From NCBI GenBank assembly GCA_965652295.1, contig CBFGTS010000016.1:1-64000 (forward strand): a stretch of 64,000 bases of DNA, in the 5' to 3' direction. Shown piece by piece: positions 44,919 through 57,835 of this stretch (within the stretch, counting starts at the first letter, position 1; each line of letters begins with the position of its first letter). The notes under the pieces were generated by a model. The model was not told the origin of the DNA and did no database searches. It worked only from the letters and a program-made list of their open reading frames with translations. A program made the position numbers and the translations under genes. Source of the DNA: an uncultured Haloferula sp. GTDB lineage: Bacteria; Verrucomicrobiota; Verrucomicrobiia; Verrucomicrobiales; Akkermansiaceae.

Positions 44919-46268
44919 ATGTCCGCCCCACGGAAATCCCCGATGAGCCGTTTGTTGCTCTTGAGTGCCCTGACTTCGTCGATCGGTTCGTTCCTGTTCG
45001 GCTTCGACACCGCGGTCATCGCGGGGACGACTTCATCGTTGCGGGAAGTTTTCGCCCTCAGCGACTCCCAGGTCGGCTTCGCCGTTTCCTCAGCCCTTTT
45101 CGGGGCATTGTTCGGCGCGGCGGCGGTGGGGAAACCCTGCGAACGGTTCGGCCGGGTGAAGACCTTGTTCGTGTTGGCGGTGCTTTATCTGGTGTCCGTC
45201 GTCGGCTGTGCGGGGGCCTGGGATGTGAACTCGCTGATGATCTTCCGTTTTGTCGGAGGACTCGCCGTGGGTGGTTCATCGGTCGTTTCGCCGATGTACA
45301 TCACGGAGATCACACCTCCTTCGCGCCGGGGACTGCTGGTGGCGATCAGCCAGCTCAACATCGTGGCCGGCATTCTCGCCGCGCTGGTTTCCAACTATAT
45401 CATCGCGGAAACCCTGGGGATGGCCCCCGAAGGGCATGCGTGGCGCTGGATGTTCGGCGCGGAGGCCTTGCCCGCCCTGCTGTTCCTCATTTCCGTGCTG
45501 CTCATCCCGGAAAGCCCGCGCTGGTTGGCTCATCGAGGCTGTCACGAACAAGCTCTCACCACGCTACGACGGCTGGGCTACCCTGACGGCGAAGGCGACC
45601 TTGCCCGCATCGAGGCATCGTACCATGGCGGGGAAGCGGCCCGCGAATCCCTTCTCCAGAAGCGCCATCTCAAACCCTTGCTGTTGGTCTTCGCCCTTGC
45701 GGCGTTCAACCAGTTTGATGGCATCAATGCCATTCTGTACTACGTCACCGATATCTTCCGGATGGCTGGCTTCGCCGAAACGGACGCCTTCAAACAATCC
45801 GCCGTGGTCGGCGCGGTGAACCTTGTCTTCACGGTCGTGGGCATGGCGCTGATCGACCGCGTCGGCCGCAGGCTGCTGCTGCTGGCCGGTTCCATCACCT
45901 TCATCCTTTCCCACGCGCTCGCGGCGTGGGTATTTCTCAGCGGAAGCGGCGGTTGGCTCGCAGTGGTCGCCGCCGGTGGCATCGTCGCTTCCCACGCCTA
46001 TTCCCAGGGCGCGGTGATCTGGGTCTGCATCAACGAACTGCTGCCGAACGCCATCCGTGCCGCCGGGGCATCGGCGGCCTGTTTCGTCCTCTGGGGGCTT
46101 GCGATCGTTGTCAGCACGGCGTTTCCCATCATGATCTCGGTCTGGGGCGGCTTCGTGTTCCTGATTTTCGCCGCGATGATGGCGATCCAGTTCTTCGTCG
46201 TCTGGGGATTCATGCCCGAGACGAAAGGTCGCTCTCTCGAGGAGATCGAGCGTTCGCTGAGCGGTTGA
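44919..46268 (+). CDS. MFS sugar porter (SP family)
   Basis: FGFDTAVIAG, ERFGR, PMYITEI.P..RG, PESPRWL, GINAILYY, DRVGRR, PETKGRSLEEI. Confidence 0.94.
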   Translation: MSAPRKSPMSRLLLLSALTSSIGSFLFGFDTAVIAGTTSSLREVFALSDSQVGFAVSSALFGALFGAAAVGKPCERFGRVKTLFVLAVLYLVSVVGCAGAWDVNSLMIFRFVGGLAVGGSSVVSPMYITEITPPSRRGLLVAISQLNIVAGILAALVSNYIIAETLGMAPEGHAWRWMFGAEALPALLFLISVLLIPESPRWLAHRGCHEQALTTLRRLGYPDGEGDLARIEASYHGGEAARESLLQKRHLKPLLLVFALAAFNQFDGINAILYYVTDIFRMAGFAETDAFKQSAVVGAVNLVFTVVGMALIDRVGRRLLLLAGSITFILSHALAAWVFLSGSGGWLAVVAAGGIVASHAYSQGAVIWVCINELLPNAIRAAGASAACFVLWGLAIVVSTAFPIMISVWGGFVFLIFAAMMAIQFFVVWGFMPETKGRSLEEIERSLSG

Positions 46269-46333
46269 GTTTCCCGACCCTGGTGGGAACATTTGGCTCG
46301 GCGTCGAATCCTCCGTATGAACCATCGCCCCGA

Positions 46334-47065
46334 ATGACGATCGATCCCAGCAGTCCGGTGCCGCTCCACGCCCAGGTGGAGAGCCTGCTGCGTGAGATGA
46401 TCAAGCAGCCGAAGTACCAACAGGGAGAGCTGCTGCCGCCGGAGGCAAGAATCGCCGAACAACTGGAGGTCAGCCGCAATACCGTGCGTGCGGCCATTTC
46501 CCGGCTGGTGCAGGAAGGGGTGTTGGAAAGGAGGGCCGGCCGCGGCACCCGTTACGTCCATGAGCCGCTGCGGACGAGCTTGAAGAGCTGGCCGAGTTTC
46601 AGCCGCGAGATGAAGCAAAAGGGTATCGAGGTGTCCGTCTTCTCGCTGAATGCCGAGCTGCTTTCGCCTCCAGATGAAATCGTGCGAGCGCTCCATCTTT
46701 CCGAAGACGAGAGGAAAGGGCGGATTCTCAAGATGGAGCGGATCCGGGGATACCATGATGTACCCGCCGTGTATTCGATCTCGTGGTTCCATCCGAGGAC
46801 CGGTCTCCAGGTCGCCGACGATTTCTCCCGGCCTTTGTACCAATTGATCCACGCCAAGAGCGGTCTGGCCGCCGACTCATCCGAGGAAGAGATCTCGGCG
46901 GCTGTGGCGGACCGCGCGCTTGGTGAAAGGCTCTGCTGCGAGGCGGGGGACGCGGTTCTCGTCCGCAGGCGCATCGTGCGCGATCCGGCGAGGAAGGAGA
47001 TCGAATACAACCTGAACTTTTACCGGGCCGATCGTTTTTCCTACGGATTGACGCTTCAGAAATAG
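46334..47065 (+). CDS. GntR family regulator (HutC/UTRA subfamily)
   Basis: PLHAQV, LPPE..IA..L.VSRNTVR.A..L, GRGT wHTH; UTRA C-terminus YRADRF. Confidence 0.92.
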   Translation: MTIDPSSPVPLHAQVESLLREMIKQPKYQQGELLPPEARIAEQLEVSRNTVRAAISRLVQEGVLERRAGRGTRYVHEPLRTSLKSWPSFSREMKQKGIEVSVFSLNAELLSPPDEIVRALHLSEDERKGRILKMERIRGYHDVPAVYSISWFHPRTGLQVADDFSRPLYQLIHAKSGLAADSSEEEISAAVADRALGERLCCEAGDAVLVRRRIVRDPARKEIEYNLNFYRADRFSYGLTLQK

Positions 47066-47106
47066 GACTCTCTTTCAGGAGAGCGGGCTTTATCGGCGCT
47101 CCCTTC

Positions 47107-49539
47107 CTACCAGGCTGGATTGCCGCGATCGTCATACGGCAGCCATAGTAGGGCCACGCGGTCGACCTGGACCTGGGTGCGGGAGGGTTTGAGGACCTCG
47201 ATGTCGAGATCGAGAGCTTCGGGAGCGAAGCTGCGATCGAGCTCGGCGATATCGGCCTGGAGTTCTTCTTCAAGCGCCTTCATGTCCGCCTCGATGGCCT
47301 CCACCTTGTCTTCGGCCAGGCCGATGTCCCGGTGCTGCTGGAAAGCGCGGCTGGCGCGGGAGACGGAGGTCCGGGCGCTGCGGCGTCGGCCGCCGAGCAC
47401 GCCGCCGAGGAGCGAGCCGAAGACGCTCATGCCGGCTTCGAGCTTCGCCGTATTGGCCTGCCCTTTTTCGCGCTCGACCGCGGCCTCGGCGGTGCGAAGA
47501 CGGTTCTCCAGGGTCTTGAGCTTGGACTCGGTCTTGTCGCGGAGCTTCTCCACGACTTCATCGCGCGCCTCGCGGGCGGCGTGGGAAAGGCGGACGCGGA
47601 AGTCGGCCTCGGATTCGCCGAGCCGCGAATATTGCCTGAGTTCCCGGCTGCAGAAAATTTCGGCCCGCTCGTGGTGGTAGAGCCAATCGTCGAACTCCTT
47701 GGCGACGCCCTTGTAGTTGTCGGCGTTCATGGCGAAGCCGGGCAGTTCCGCGAAGCCGGCACCTTCGCCGGGCTGGTGGCTGAGTTCCTCCGGCTTGAGC
47801 GGAGGAGGAACTTCGCGATCCCAGTCGATGCCGGTGGCGGTGACGGGATTGACCTTGCGGACGGTGCGGGAGCCTTCGACCCCGGCCTTGGCGGAGGAAA
47901 AACGGACGGTGCCGACGCGCAGCAGGTGAGGCCGGTAGGTGACGTCGCGGGTGGAGCCGGCGACCGGCGCGAAGTGCTCGATGATGCCGGGGCCGACGAT
48001 GGGGCGGGCCGAGGACGGATGGACGGAGGTGGGTGGTCCCATGGACATGGGGTTCGTGGAGGGGGACCGGGCTGGTCCCGCCACGGCCTGCGACGGGCCG
48101 GCGCAGCCACTGAACGCATCCCGCTTCGGATCCATCAGCTTTTTGATCGACCCGCGGGTGAGGGGGCCGGCGAGGTAGCTCATGACCCAGCGGACGTGGA
48201 AAAGCTCCGGCGCGTCCGCGTGGACGTTGTTGAGGAGGAAAACGCGGCTGCCGAGGCCGGAGAGGAGTTTCTCCATGTTGGCGCGGTTGAACTGCGAGTT
48301 CTGCGCGGCGGCGGCACCTTCGAGTCCGTCGAGCACGCGCAGCTTGTCGCGCTCCGTTTGCAGGCGGCCGAGGAACCAGGTGCCGATGTTCGACAGCGCT
48401 TTGTAGTCGAGATCGACCGGATTCTGCGTGGCGAGCAGGCAGCCGAGGCCGAAGGCGCGGCCCTGCTTGAGCATGGTCATCATCGGCTTCTTGCTCGGCG
48501 GATTGGCCGTGGGCGGGAGGTAGCCGTAGATTTCATCCATGTAGAGCAGCGCCCGCAACGAGGTCGTACCGCTCTGTGTGCGCATCCAGCCAAGCATCTG
48601 GTTGAGCAGCAGGCTGACGAAGAACATCCGCTCGCTGTCGGAAAGGTGGGCGATGCTGAAAATGGAGACACGCGGCTTGCCGTCGGGGGCGTGCAGCATG
48701 CTGGCAATGTCGAGCGGCGGGCCTTCGAGCCAGGTCTGGAAACCGGGCGAGGCGAGCATGGCGTTGAACTTCAGCGCCAGGCTCTGGCGGTCGCTGGTGG
48801 AAATGAAGCTCTCCAAATCGAGCACGCCGACTTTGTCGAAAGGTGGCTTCTGGAGGTGGCGGATCAGGCTTTCCAGTGAAAGATCGCGGCCGCCACGCCA
48901 TTCGTGGCTGAAGACGTTGGCGAGCAGGATGGCCTCGGGCGATTGGATTGGGTCGGCATCGACGCCGACCAGCGACAGCAGTGAGGCGACGGTCGACTCG
49001 ATGCGTTCGCCGAACAGCTCGCCATCGTCGACGATCTCGAAAGGCGGCGCGGCGAGCGAGGCGAGGATGGAGACCGGGATGCCGGCGTTGGAGCCGGGGG
49101 TGAAAATGTTGACGTCCACGCTGTCGCGCAGCGTCCGGATGCGCTCGGGAGTCTGGCCCCAGTCAGCGAGGCCGTTCTTCCACATGTGGGCGGTTTTCTC
49201 CGCGAACTCATCGGGAGTGACGCCCTTTCGCGTGGCGTCGTCCTCGTTGATCCAAGGGTGGAAATCGGACGCGGCGAGATCGGGAAAGGTGAGGAGGAGG
49301 TTGGCGATGTCGCCTTTGGGATCGATGACGATCGCCGGGATGTGGTCGATGGCGGCTTCTTCCAGCAGGGCCATGCAGAGGCCGGTTTTCCCGGAGCCGG
49401 TCATGCCGAGGACGACGCCGTGGGTGACGAGGTCCCTTGAGTCGTAAAGCACGAGATCCTCGGTCGGCTTGGCGGCCTCGGGATCGAAGGTTTTCCCGAG
49501 GTAGAACGAGCCGAGCTTTTCGTAGGTGGAGGCGTCCAT
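47107..49539 (-). CDS. HerA/FtsK-superfamily (DUF87/DUF853-like) ATPase with C-terminal coiled coil
   Basis: THGVVLGMTGSGKT, IDPKGD, LYMDEIYGYLPP, KQGRAFG, ATQNPVDLDYK, GRLQTERD. Confidence 0.85.
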   Translation of the reverse strand: MDASTYEKLGSFYLGKTFDPEAAKPTEDLVLYDSRDLVTHGVVLGMTGSGKTGLCMALLEEAAIDHIPAIVIDPKGDIANLLLTFPDLAASDFHPWINEDDATRKGVTPDEFAEKTAHMWKNGLADWGQTPERIRTLRDSVDVNIFTPGSNAGIPVSILASLAAPPFEIVDDGELFGERIESTVASLLSLVGVDADPIQSPEAILLANVFSHEWRGGRDLSLESLIRHLQKPPFDKVGVLDLESFISTSDRQSLALKFNAMLASPGFQTWLEGPPLDIASMLHAPDGKPRVSIFSIAHLSDSERMFFVSLLLNQMLGWMRTQSGTTSLRALLYMDEIYGYLPPTANPPSKKPMMTMLKQGRAFGLGCLLATQNPVDLDYKALSNIGTWFLGRLQTERDKLRVLDGLEGAAAAQNSQFNRANMEKLLSGLGSRVFLLNNVHADAPELFHVRWVMSYLAGPLTRGSIKKLMDPKRDAFSGCAGPSQAVAGPARSPSTNPMSMGPPTSVHPSSARPIVGPGIIEHFAPVAGSTRDVTYRPHLLRVGTVRFSSAKAGVEGSRTVRKVNPVTATGIDWDREVPPPLKPEELSHQPGEGAGFAELPGFAMNADNYKGVAKEFDDWLYHHERAEIFCSRELRQYSRLGESEADFRVRLSHAAREARDEVVEKLRDKTESKLKTLENRLRTAEAAVEREKGQANTAKLEAGMSVFGSLLGGVLGGRRRSARTSVSRASRAFQQHRDIGLAEDKVEAIEADMKALEEELQADIAELDRSFAPEALDLDIEVLKPSRTQVQVDRVALLWLPYDDRGNPAW

Positions 49540-49599
49540 TTCCGGCGCAGGATGGACGTTGCAAGGACGGAGTGCGAAGCAGAAATGCAGGCTGGCGGG

Positions 49600-52739
<3,140 letters not shown>

Positions 52740-52743
<4 letters not shown>

Positions 52744-53912
52744 TTCGCGGAGGGCGCGGGCGTTTCTGCGGGCTTCGGATTCGCCGGCGCGCCGGGGCGG
52801 GCGGAGGTCAGGCCGGAGACGAGGACGCGGGTCCCGGCGGGCAGCTCGCTCTCGATGACGCGCATGTCGCCGTGTTTAGGGCCCAGGGTGACGGTTCGGG
52901 AACGGACGATGTTCTCCTCATCGACGGTAAGCACCGTAGTAAGGTCCTGCTGCGACCGGACCGCCACTTCCGGGACGAGCGTGGCGGTGTATTCGCCGCG
53001 GCCGGGAAGGCGGAGCTTGGCGAACATGCCGGGGAGCAGGAAGCCGTCGTCATTGGGGAAAACGGCACGGGCGCGCAGGGTGGCGGTGGCGGCATCGAAG
53101 GCGTTGTTGACGAAGTCGATGTGACCCTTCCGCGGAAAGCCTTCGTCGCCGTCGAGGCTCATCTCGACAGGCACTTTGCGGCTGCGGGCGGACTCGCGTT
53201 TGCCTTCCTGATCGAGGCGCAGGTATTTGAGCACGGTGGATTCGTCGGCATTGATGCGGCAGTAGATCGGCTGGGTGGAGACGATGGTGGTGAGCAGGGT
53301 GGATTGAGCGGTGCCGCCGCTGATGAGGTTGCCGATGGAGACGTAGTTGTCGGAAATGAGGCCGTTGATCGGCGACCGGACTTCGGTGTAGCCGAGGTTG
53401 AGGCGTGCGGTTTCGACCTGGGCCTCGGCGGCCTGCACACGGGCGCTGGCTTCGGCCAGCGTGCCTTGGCGTATATCGACCTCCTCCTTGGCGATCGCGT
53501 TGCGTTCCAGGAGCTGCCGGGCGCGGTCGAAGTTCGATCCGGCGAGCTTTTCCGACGCGCGGGCCTGCTTGAGCTCGGCCTCGGCGGCCTTCAGCGCGGC
53601 TTCGAACGGGGCCCGGTCGAGGGTGAAGAGCAGGTCGCCCTCCTCGACCTTCTGACCATCGGTGAAGTGAATTTCCTCCAGCAGCCCGCTGACCCGGGCG
53701 CGCACTTCGACGCTGTCGATGGCTTCGAGCCGGCCGTTGTATTCGTCCCACGAGACGATGTCCTGCCGGACGGGATGTACGAACTCCACCGTAGGTGGGG
53801 GTGGCGCGGATTTCTGCCGGGTCTCCTTTTTCGAACAGGAGGTGGCGAGAAGCGCGAGGAGGATCGTGGAAAGGACGGGATACGGGGACATGGCGGAGAG
53901 GAAGGGGTTCAC
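52740..53912 (-). CDS. RND periplasmic adaptor (MFP)
   Basis: Lipobox-like ATSC; VEVRARVSG, LNLGYTEVRSPING, LLPGMFA. Confidence 0.94.
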
Positions 53913-55312
53913 CAGCGGCCGCCGAGGGCGCGGATGAGGTTGACGGTGTTGATGAAATCGGAGCCGCGGAGGAGGGCCTGCTGGCGTTCGGCATCGAGCG
54001 CGGTGCGTTCGGCATCGAGGACGCTGAGATAGTTGGCTGTGCCTCCCTGGTACTGCTCGCGAGCGGTGTCGCGGGCCTGAAGAGATGCGCGGACCGCACG
54101 CGCCTGGGCGGCGGCCTGGGTGTCGAGCAGACGGGTGGCGGCGAGCCGCGTCTCGACCTCGGCGAGGGCTTCGAGAATCGTCTGCTGGTAGATCTCGAGC
54201 ACCTCCTCGTAGCGCGCCTGGGAGCGTGCGAGTTCGGCCTGGTTGCGGCCACCTTGGAAAATGGGGACGTAAACATCGGGACCGATTCCCCAGAAGCGCG
54301 CGCCCCGGTTGAAGAGGCTTTCGAAGTCGGCCGCTTGAAAACCGAGCGAGCCGGTGATGCGGACCGAGGGGTAGAAGGCGGCGGTGGCGACGCCGACGCG
54401 GGCGTTTTCGGCGGCGAGCCGGCGCTCGGCCTGGCGGATGTCAGGGCGGGCGCGGAGCAGCTCGGCGGGGATGCCGGCCGGGATGGAGGGCGGCCGGCCA
54501 GCGAGCGGATCGGCCGCGATGCGGTAGTTGGAAGCGGCGCGTCCGGCCAGAGCGGCGAGCGCGGCCTCCTGCGCGGCGCGCTGGCGGCGGAGGGCGGCGA
54601 TGTCCGCCTGGCTGGTGGCTAGCAGGGCTTCGGCCTGGGAGACATCGAGTGAGCTGACCGCGCCGAGCTCGTGGCGATCGCGGACGACTTGGAGAGAGCC
54701 CTCGCGGCTTTCCACGCCGGCCTCGACGATCTGGATCTGCCGATCGAGCGCCCGCAGGTTGAAATAGCCCGCGGCGGCCTCCGCTTCGAGCGCGAGCCTC
54801 AGGGCATTGAGGTCTTCGGCGCTGGCCTGCGCATCGGCGGCGGCGGCCTGGACGCTGCGGCGGATGCGGCCGAAGAGGTCGATTTCCCAACTGGCGCTCA
54901 GCGGTGCTGCGAAGAGATTGCCCGTGCTGCCGCCATTCGGGATTTCCTCCGAGGACCGGCTGCGCGAGGCGGAGGGCGAAGCGGAGAGCTGCGGGTAAGC
55001 GTCCGCCGCAGCGAGCCGGACGATCGCGCGGGCCTGCTCGACGCGTTTCAGGCCGGCTTTCAACTCGTGGTTGGAGGCGCGAACATCGGCGACGAGGCGG
55101 TTCAGTCCGCCATCGCCGAAGACTTTCCACCAATCGTCGCGTCGGGCGGCCTCGCGACCGTTCTTGCGGGAGTCGTAGCGGTAATCGGCCGGCATTTCGG
55201 CCACCGGGGCATCGTAGTCCGGGCCGACCGTGCAGCCGCCGAGCAGCATCGCGGCGGAAAGGAATGGCAGGCCCGCGAGCGAACCCGGGCGTCGGAGAAA
55301 AAATGGGATCAT
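53909..55312 (-). CDS. Outer-membrane efflux lipoprotein (NodT/OprM family)
   Basis: Lipobox LGGC-TVGPDY, WEIDLFGR, RPDIRQAE, LIRALGGRW. Confidence 0.94.
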   Translation of the reverse strand: MIPFFLRRPGSLAGLPFLSAAMLLGGCTVGPDYDAPVAEMPADYRYDSRKNGREAARRDDWWKVFGDGGLNRLVADVRASNHELKAGLKRVEQARAIVRLAAADAYPQLSASPSASRSRSSEEIPNGGSTGNLFAAPLSASWEIDLFGRIRRSVQAAAADAQASAEDLNALRLALEAEAAAGYFNLRALDRQIQIVEAGVESREGSLQVVRDRHELGAVSSLDVSQAEALLATSQADIAALRRQRAAQEAALAALAGRAASNYRIAADPLAGRPPSIPAGIPAELLRARPDIRQAERRLAAENARVGVATAAFYPSVRITGSLGFQAADFESLFNRGARFWGIGPDVYVPIFQGGRNQAELARSQARYEEVLEIYQQTILEALAEVETRLAATRLLDTQAAAQARAVRASLQARDTAREQYQGGTANYLSVLDAERTALDAERQQALLRGSDFINTVNLIRALGGRW

Positions 55313-55345
55313 GAGAGGCGGCCCGGCAGTCGCGCCGGAAGCGGG

Positions 55346-55397
55346 TTACACCGGCGAGTTTACTTTCGTGGGGCCGGATGTAAACTGGAGAGTTTAC
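55346..55397. promoter_or_regulatory. Two TetR-type operators in the RND/TetR divergent gap
   Basis: GTAAACT-GGAG-AGTTTAC (55380-55397, perfect) and TTACACC-GGCG-AGTTTAC (55346-55363). Confidence 0.75.
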
Positions 55398-55445
55398 TTT
55401 TTTAGCGTTTGGATTCAGCCTCGGCGCTTCACGGTGGTTTGGCAA

Positions 55446-56045
55446 ATGAGTCGGAGTGACGAAAAGAGGCTGGCGATCCTGAACGCGGCGGTGGGCGAGT
55501 TCAGCGAGGCGGGCTATGCAGCGGCGAAGATGGATGCGATCGCGGCGCGGGCGGAGGTGTCGAAGCGCACGGTTTACAACCACTTCGAGAGCAAGGAGGC
55601 GCTGTTCCAGAAGATCAGCGAGCGGCTGTGCAGCCAGCTGGTGGTGGCCACGGAGATGCCCTACGATCCGCAGCGGGCGGTGCGGGATCAGCTGATGGAG
55701 CTGGCCTTGCGGCACCTCGAACTCGTGGGCTCCAAGGATTTCATGGACATGACGCGGGTGATCCTGCCGGAGCGGGTGCGGAATCCGGAACTGGCGAAGG
55801 GCGTGTTCGATCGCCTGCGTCGCGGGGAGACCGGGCTCGGGCGCTGGATGGAGCAGGCGATGGCCGCCGGCACGGTGCGCGACGGCGATTGGCGATCGGT
55901 GGCGCGGAAGTTCGGCGCGATGCTGAGCGAGTTCGGCTTCTGGCCGCAGCTGCTTGGAAATGAGGAGCCGCTCGACAAGGCCGGGCGCGAGGAGGTGGCG
56001 CGCAGGGTGGTGGCGCTTTTTATGGATGGAGTGGTGGCAAGGTGA
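55446..56045 (+). CDS. TetR/AcrR family regulator
   Basis: ILNAAVGEF, MDAIAARAEVSKRTVYNHFESKEALF, FWPQL; start ATG 55446. Confidence 0.94.
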   Translation: MSRSDEKRLAILNAAVGEFSEAGYAAAKMDAIAARAEVSKRTVYNHFESKEALFQKISERLCSQLVVATEMPYDPQRAVRDQLMELALRHLELVGSKDFMDMTRVILPERVRNPELAKGVFDRLRRGETGLGRWMEQAMAAGTVRDGDWRSVARKFGAMLSEFGFWPQLLGNEEPLDKAGREEVARRVVALFMDGVVAR

Positions 56046-56131
56046 AGGCCGGCTGCAGGGAGACGGCCCGGGCCGAGTTTCGGTGCAAGAGCTGAGGCCG
56101 CGCGGGTTGTGGTAGGAGGGCGTCCCACCTC

Positions 56132-57769
56132 CTACCAGTCCAGTAGAAGGTTGTAGGAGAAGACGCGGTTGTCGGGGAGGGTGGGCGTTTCGTCATTGTC
56201 GATCTTGTCGTAAACGTTGCGCGGCGGGGAGATGGTACTGTCCTTGCCGTGGATGAAGTCCTGATCTTCGACGATGCAGCGGTAGGCCTTGTTGAGGGCG
56301 AGGGCGCGTTCACGGGACGGGGTGATGAGGTCGTAGACGTCCCTGGCTTTCGCGAGCTTTTCGCGGTCGAGCCGGCCATCGGTGAACCAGCGCTGCTCCA
56401 TTTCATCATTGTTGCGGAACTCGCTGCCGCCGCCGACGCGGGCGAGGTAGGTGGCGATTTCGCCCGTGGATTCGCCTTTCGAAGGGGCGTCCGGCATGCC
56501 TTTGAGGTTGATGTAGCCCCAGCCTTCCGCTCCATCGACCTTGCGGGGAAACGAGAAGGTCTTGTCGACCGTCACGCCCACGGCGTTGTGACAGCCCATG
56601 CAGGAGAAATTTTCCTCGAAGGTCATCGCACGCAGGCGGCCTTCGGCGTTCTCGATGAAACCCTGGACGACCCAGCCGCTTTTGTTGTCGATGCCCTGAT
56701 CGCCGAGGCCGAGGTAGTTCGGCAGGTTGCCGGCGTCCTTTTCGAAGCCCTCCTCCTCGTAGCGGCGGGCATAGACGGCCTTGTTGGCGGCCTTGGCCTT
56801 GCGCAGGTAGCGGACCTCCTTCATGCGGGTGGAGACGCCGATGGTGCCATCGCTTTCCACGCCGACGTAGCGGACGGTGTGGAGGAACTCGGTGCCCTGC
56901 GGGTAAAGATGGGTGTCGATGAACTCGCCGGCGGCGGCTCCGGTCCACGAGTCGAGACGGGTGATCCGGATGGCGGTGCCGAGGTGTCCGTCGCCATCGA
57001 GGTCGAGGCCGAGTTCGCGCTCATCGACCGGCAGGCAGGTGATGGACTCAAGGCCCTTCATCTTCGCTTCGAGAATGGCGAGGTTGCTACGGTAAACATC
57101 GTTGCTGGGTGAGCCATCGGCGTTGCTGCGGAAGGCTTCGGGCAGCCGGATCATGACGTCGTCGGTCGATCCGTTGGTCGGCCAGAAGGTGCTGGGGAGC
57201 GGCTTGTAGTTGAAGGCGACCCAGCCGGAGCCGTCGCGGGCGAAGCCGTTCTCATCGAAGGCGGCGGGGCCGAGGTGGAGGTCGGCGAGGTCGGGGATCC
57301 AGCCTTCGAAACCGGCTTCGCGGAGGCGGCTGGGAAGTTCGGAGTAGTTGTCCTGGCGGATGTAGGCGATGATCTCCTCGTCGCTGATGCGGGCCACGCG
57401 CTCGGAGCGGTCTTCGAAAAGGTTCTGCCAATGATTGGTCATGCCGAGGTCGCTGAAGGCGTAGTCGCGCTGCAAGTCCCCATCGCCGAGGACGTTCTCG
57501 CGACCCTCGATCGGGTTCTGGTGGCAGACGTAGCAGGGATTGTGGCGGGCCTCGGTGAGGGTGTAGCACTGCGGAGGGAGCACGGCCTCGGCGTTGGCGA
57601 GGATGTGCTTCGGATGGACGTCGGGCACCGGCGGGAGGACGCCGCGGGAGGCCTTGAGCGCGCCGATCATGCGCTCCGGCGTGGCGTTTTCCACGACCTC
57701 CGGCGTGGTGGCGGAAAGGGCGGAGAGGACGGGGAGCGCGACGACGACAAGAAGAGGTTTCATTTTCAT
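56132..57769 (-). CDS. Secreted putative diheme c-type cytochrome of unknown function
   Basis: Signal peptide; PPQCYT, NPCYVCH, CMGCH; immediately downstream of phoX. Confidence 0.75.
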   Translation of the reverse strand: MKMKPLLVVVALPVLSALSATTPEVVENATPERMIGALKASRGVLPPVPDVHPKHILANAEAVLPPQCYTLTEARHNPCYVCHQNPIEGRENVLGDGDLQRDYAFSDLGMTNHWQNLFEDRSERVARISDEEIIAYIRQDNYSELPSRLREAGFEGWIPDLADLHLGPAAFDENGFARDGSGWVAFNYKPLPSTFWPTNGSTDDVMIRLPEAFRSNADGSPSNDVYRSNLAILEAKMKGLESITCLPVDERELGLDLDGDGHLGTAIRITRLDSWTGAAAGEFIDTHLYPQGTEFLHTVRYVGVESDGTIGVSTRMKEVRYLRKAKAANKAVYARRYEEEGFEKDAGNLPNYLGLGDQGIDNKSGWVVQGFIENAEGRLRAMTFEENFSCMGCHNAVGVTVDKTFSFPRKVDGAEGWGYINLKGMPDAPSKGESTGEIATYLARVGGGSEFRNNDEMEQRWFTDGRLDREKLAKARDVYDLITPSRERALALNKAYRCIVEDQDFIHGKDSTISPPRNVYDKIDNDETPTLPDNRVFSYNLLLDW

Positions 57770-57780
57770 GAAGGAAGAGA

Positions 57781-57806
57781 GGGGGCGGGCCGTTGAGCCC
57801 GCCCCC
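57781..57806 (-). terminator. GC-rich hairpin between phoX and the cytochrome gene (partial terminator or mRNA stabiliser)
   Basis: GGGGGCGGGC-CGTTGA-GCCCGCCCCC; weak pyrimidine tail on the minus strand. Confidence 0.55.
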
Positions 57807-57835
57807 CGTGGTTTGTTCTGCCAGGAACAGGAAAA

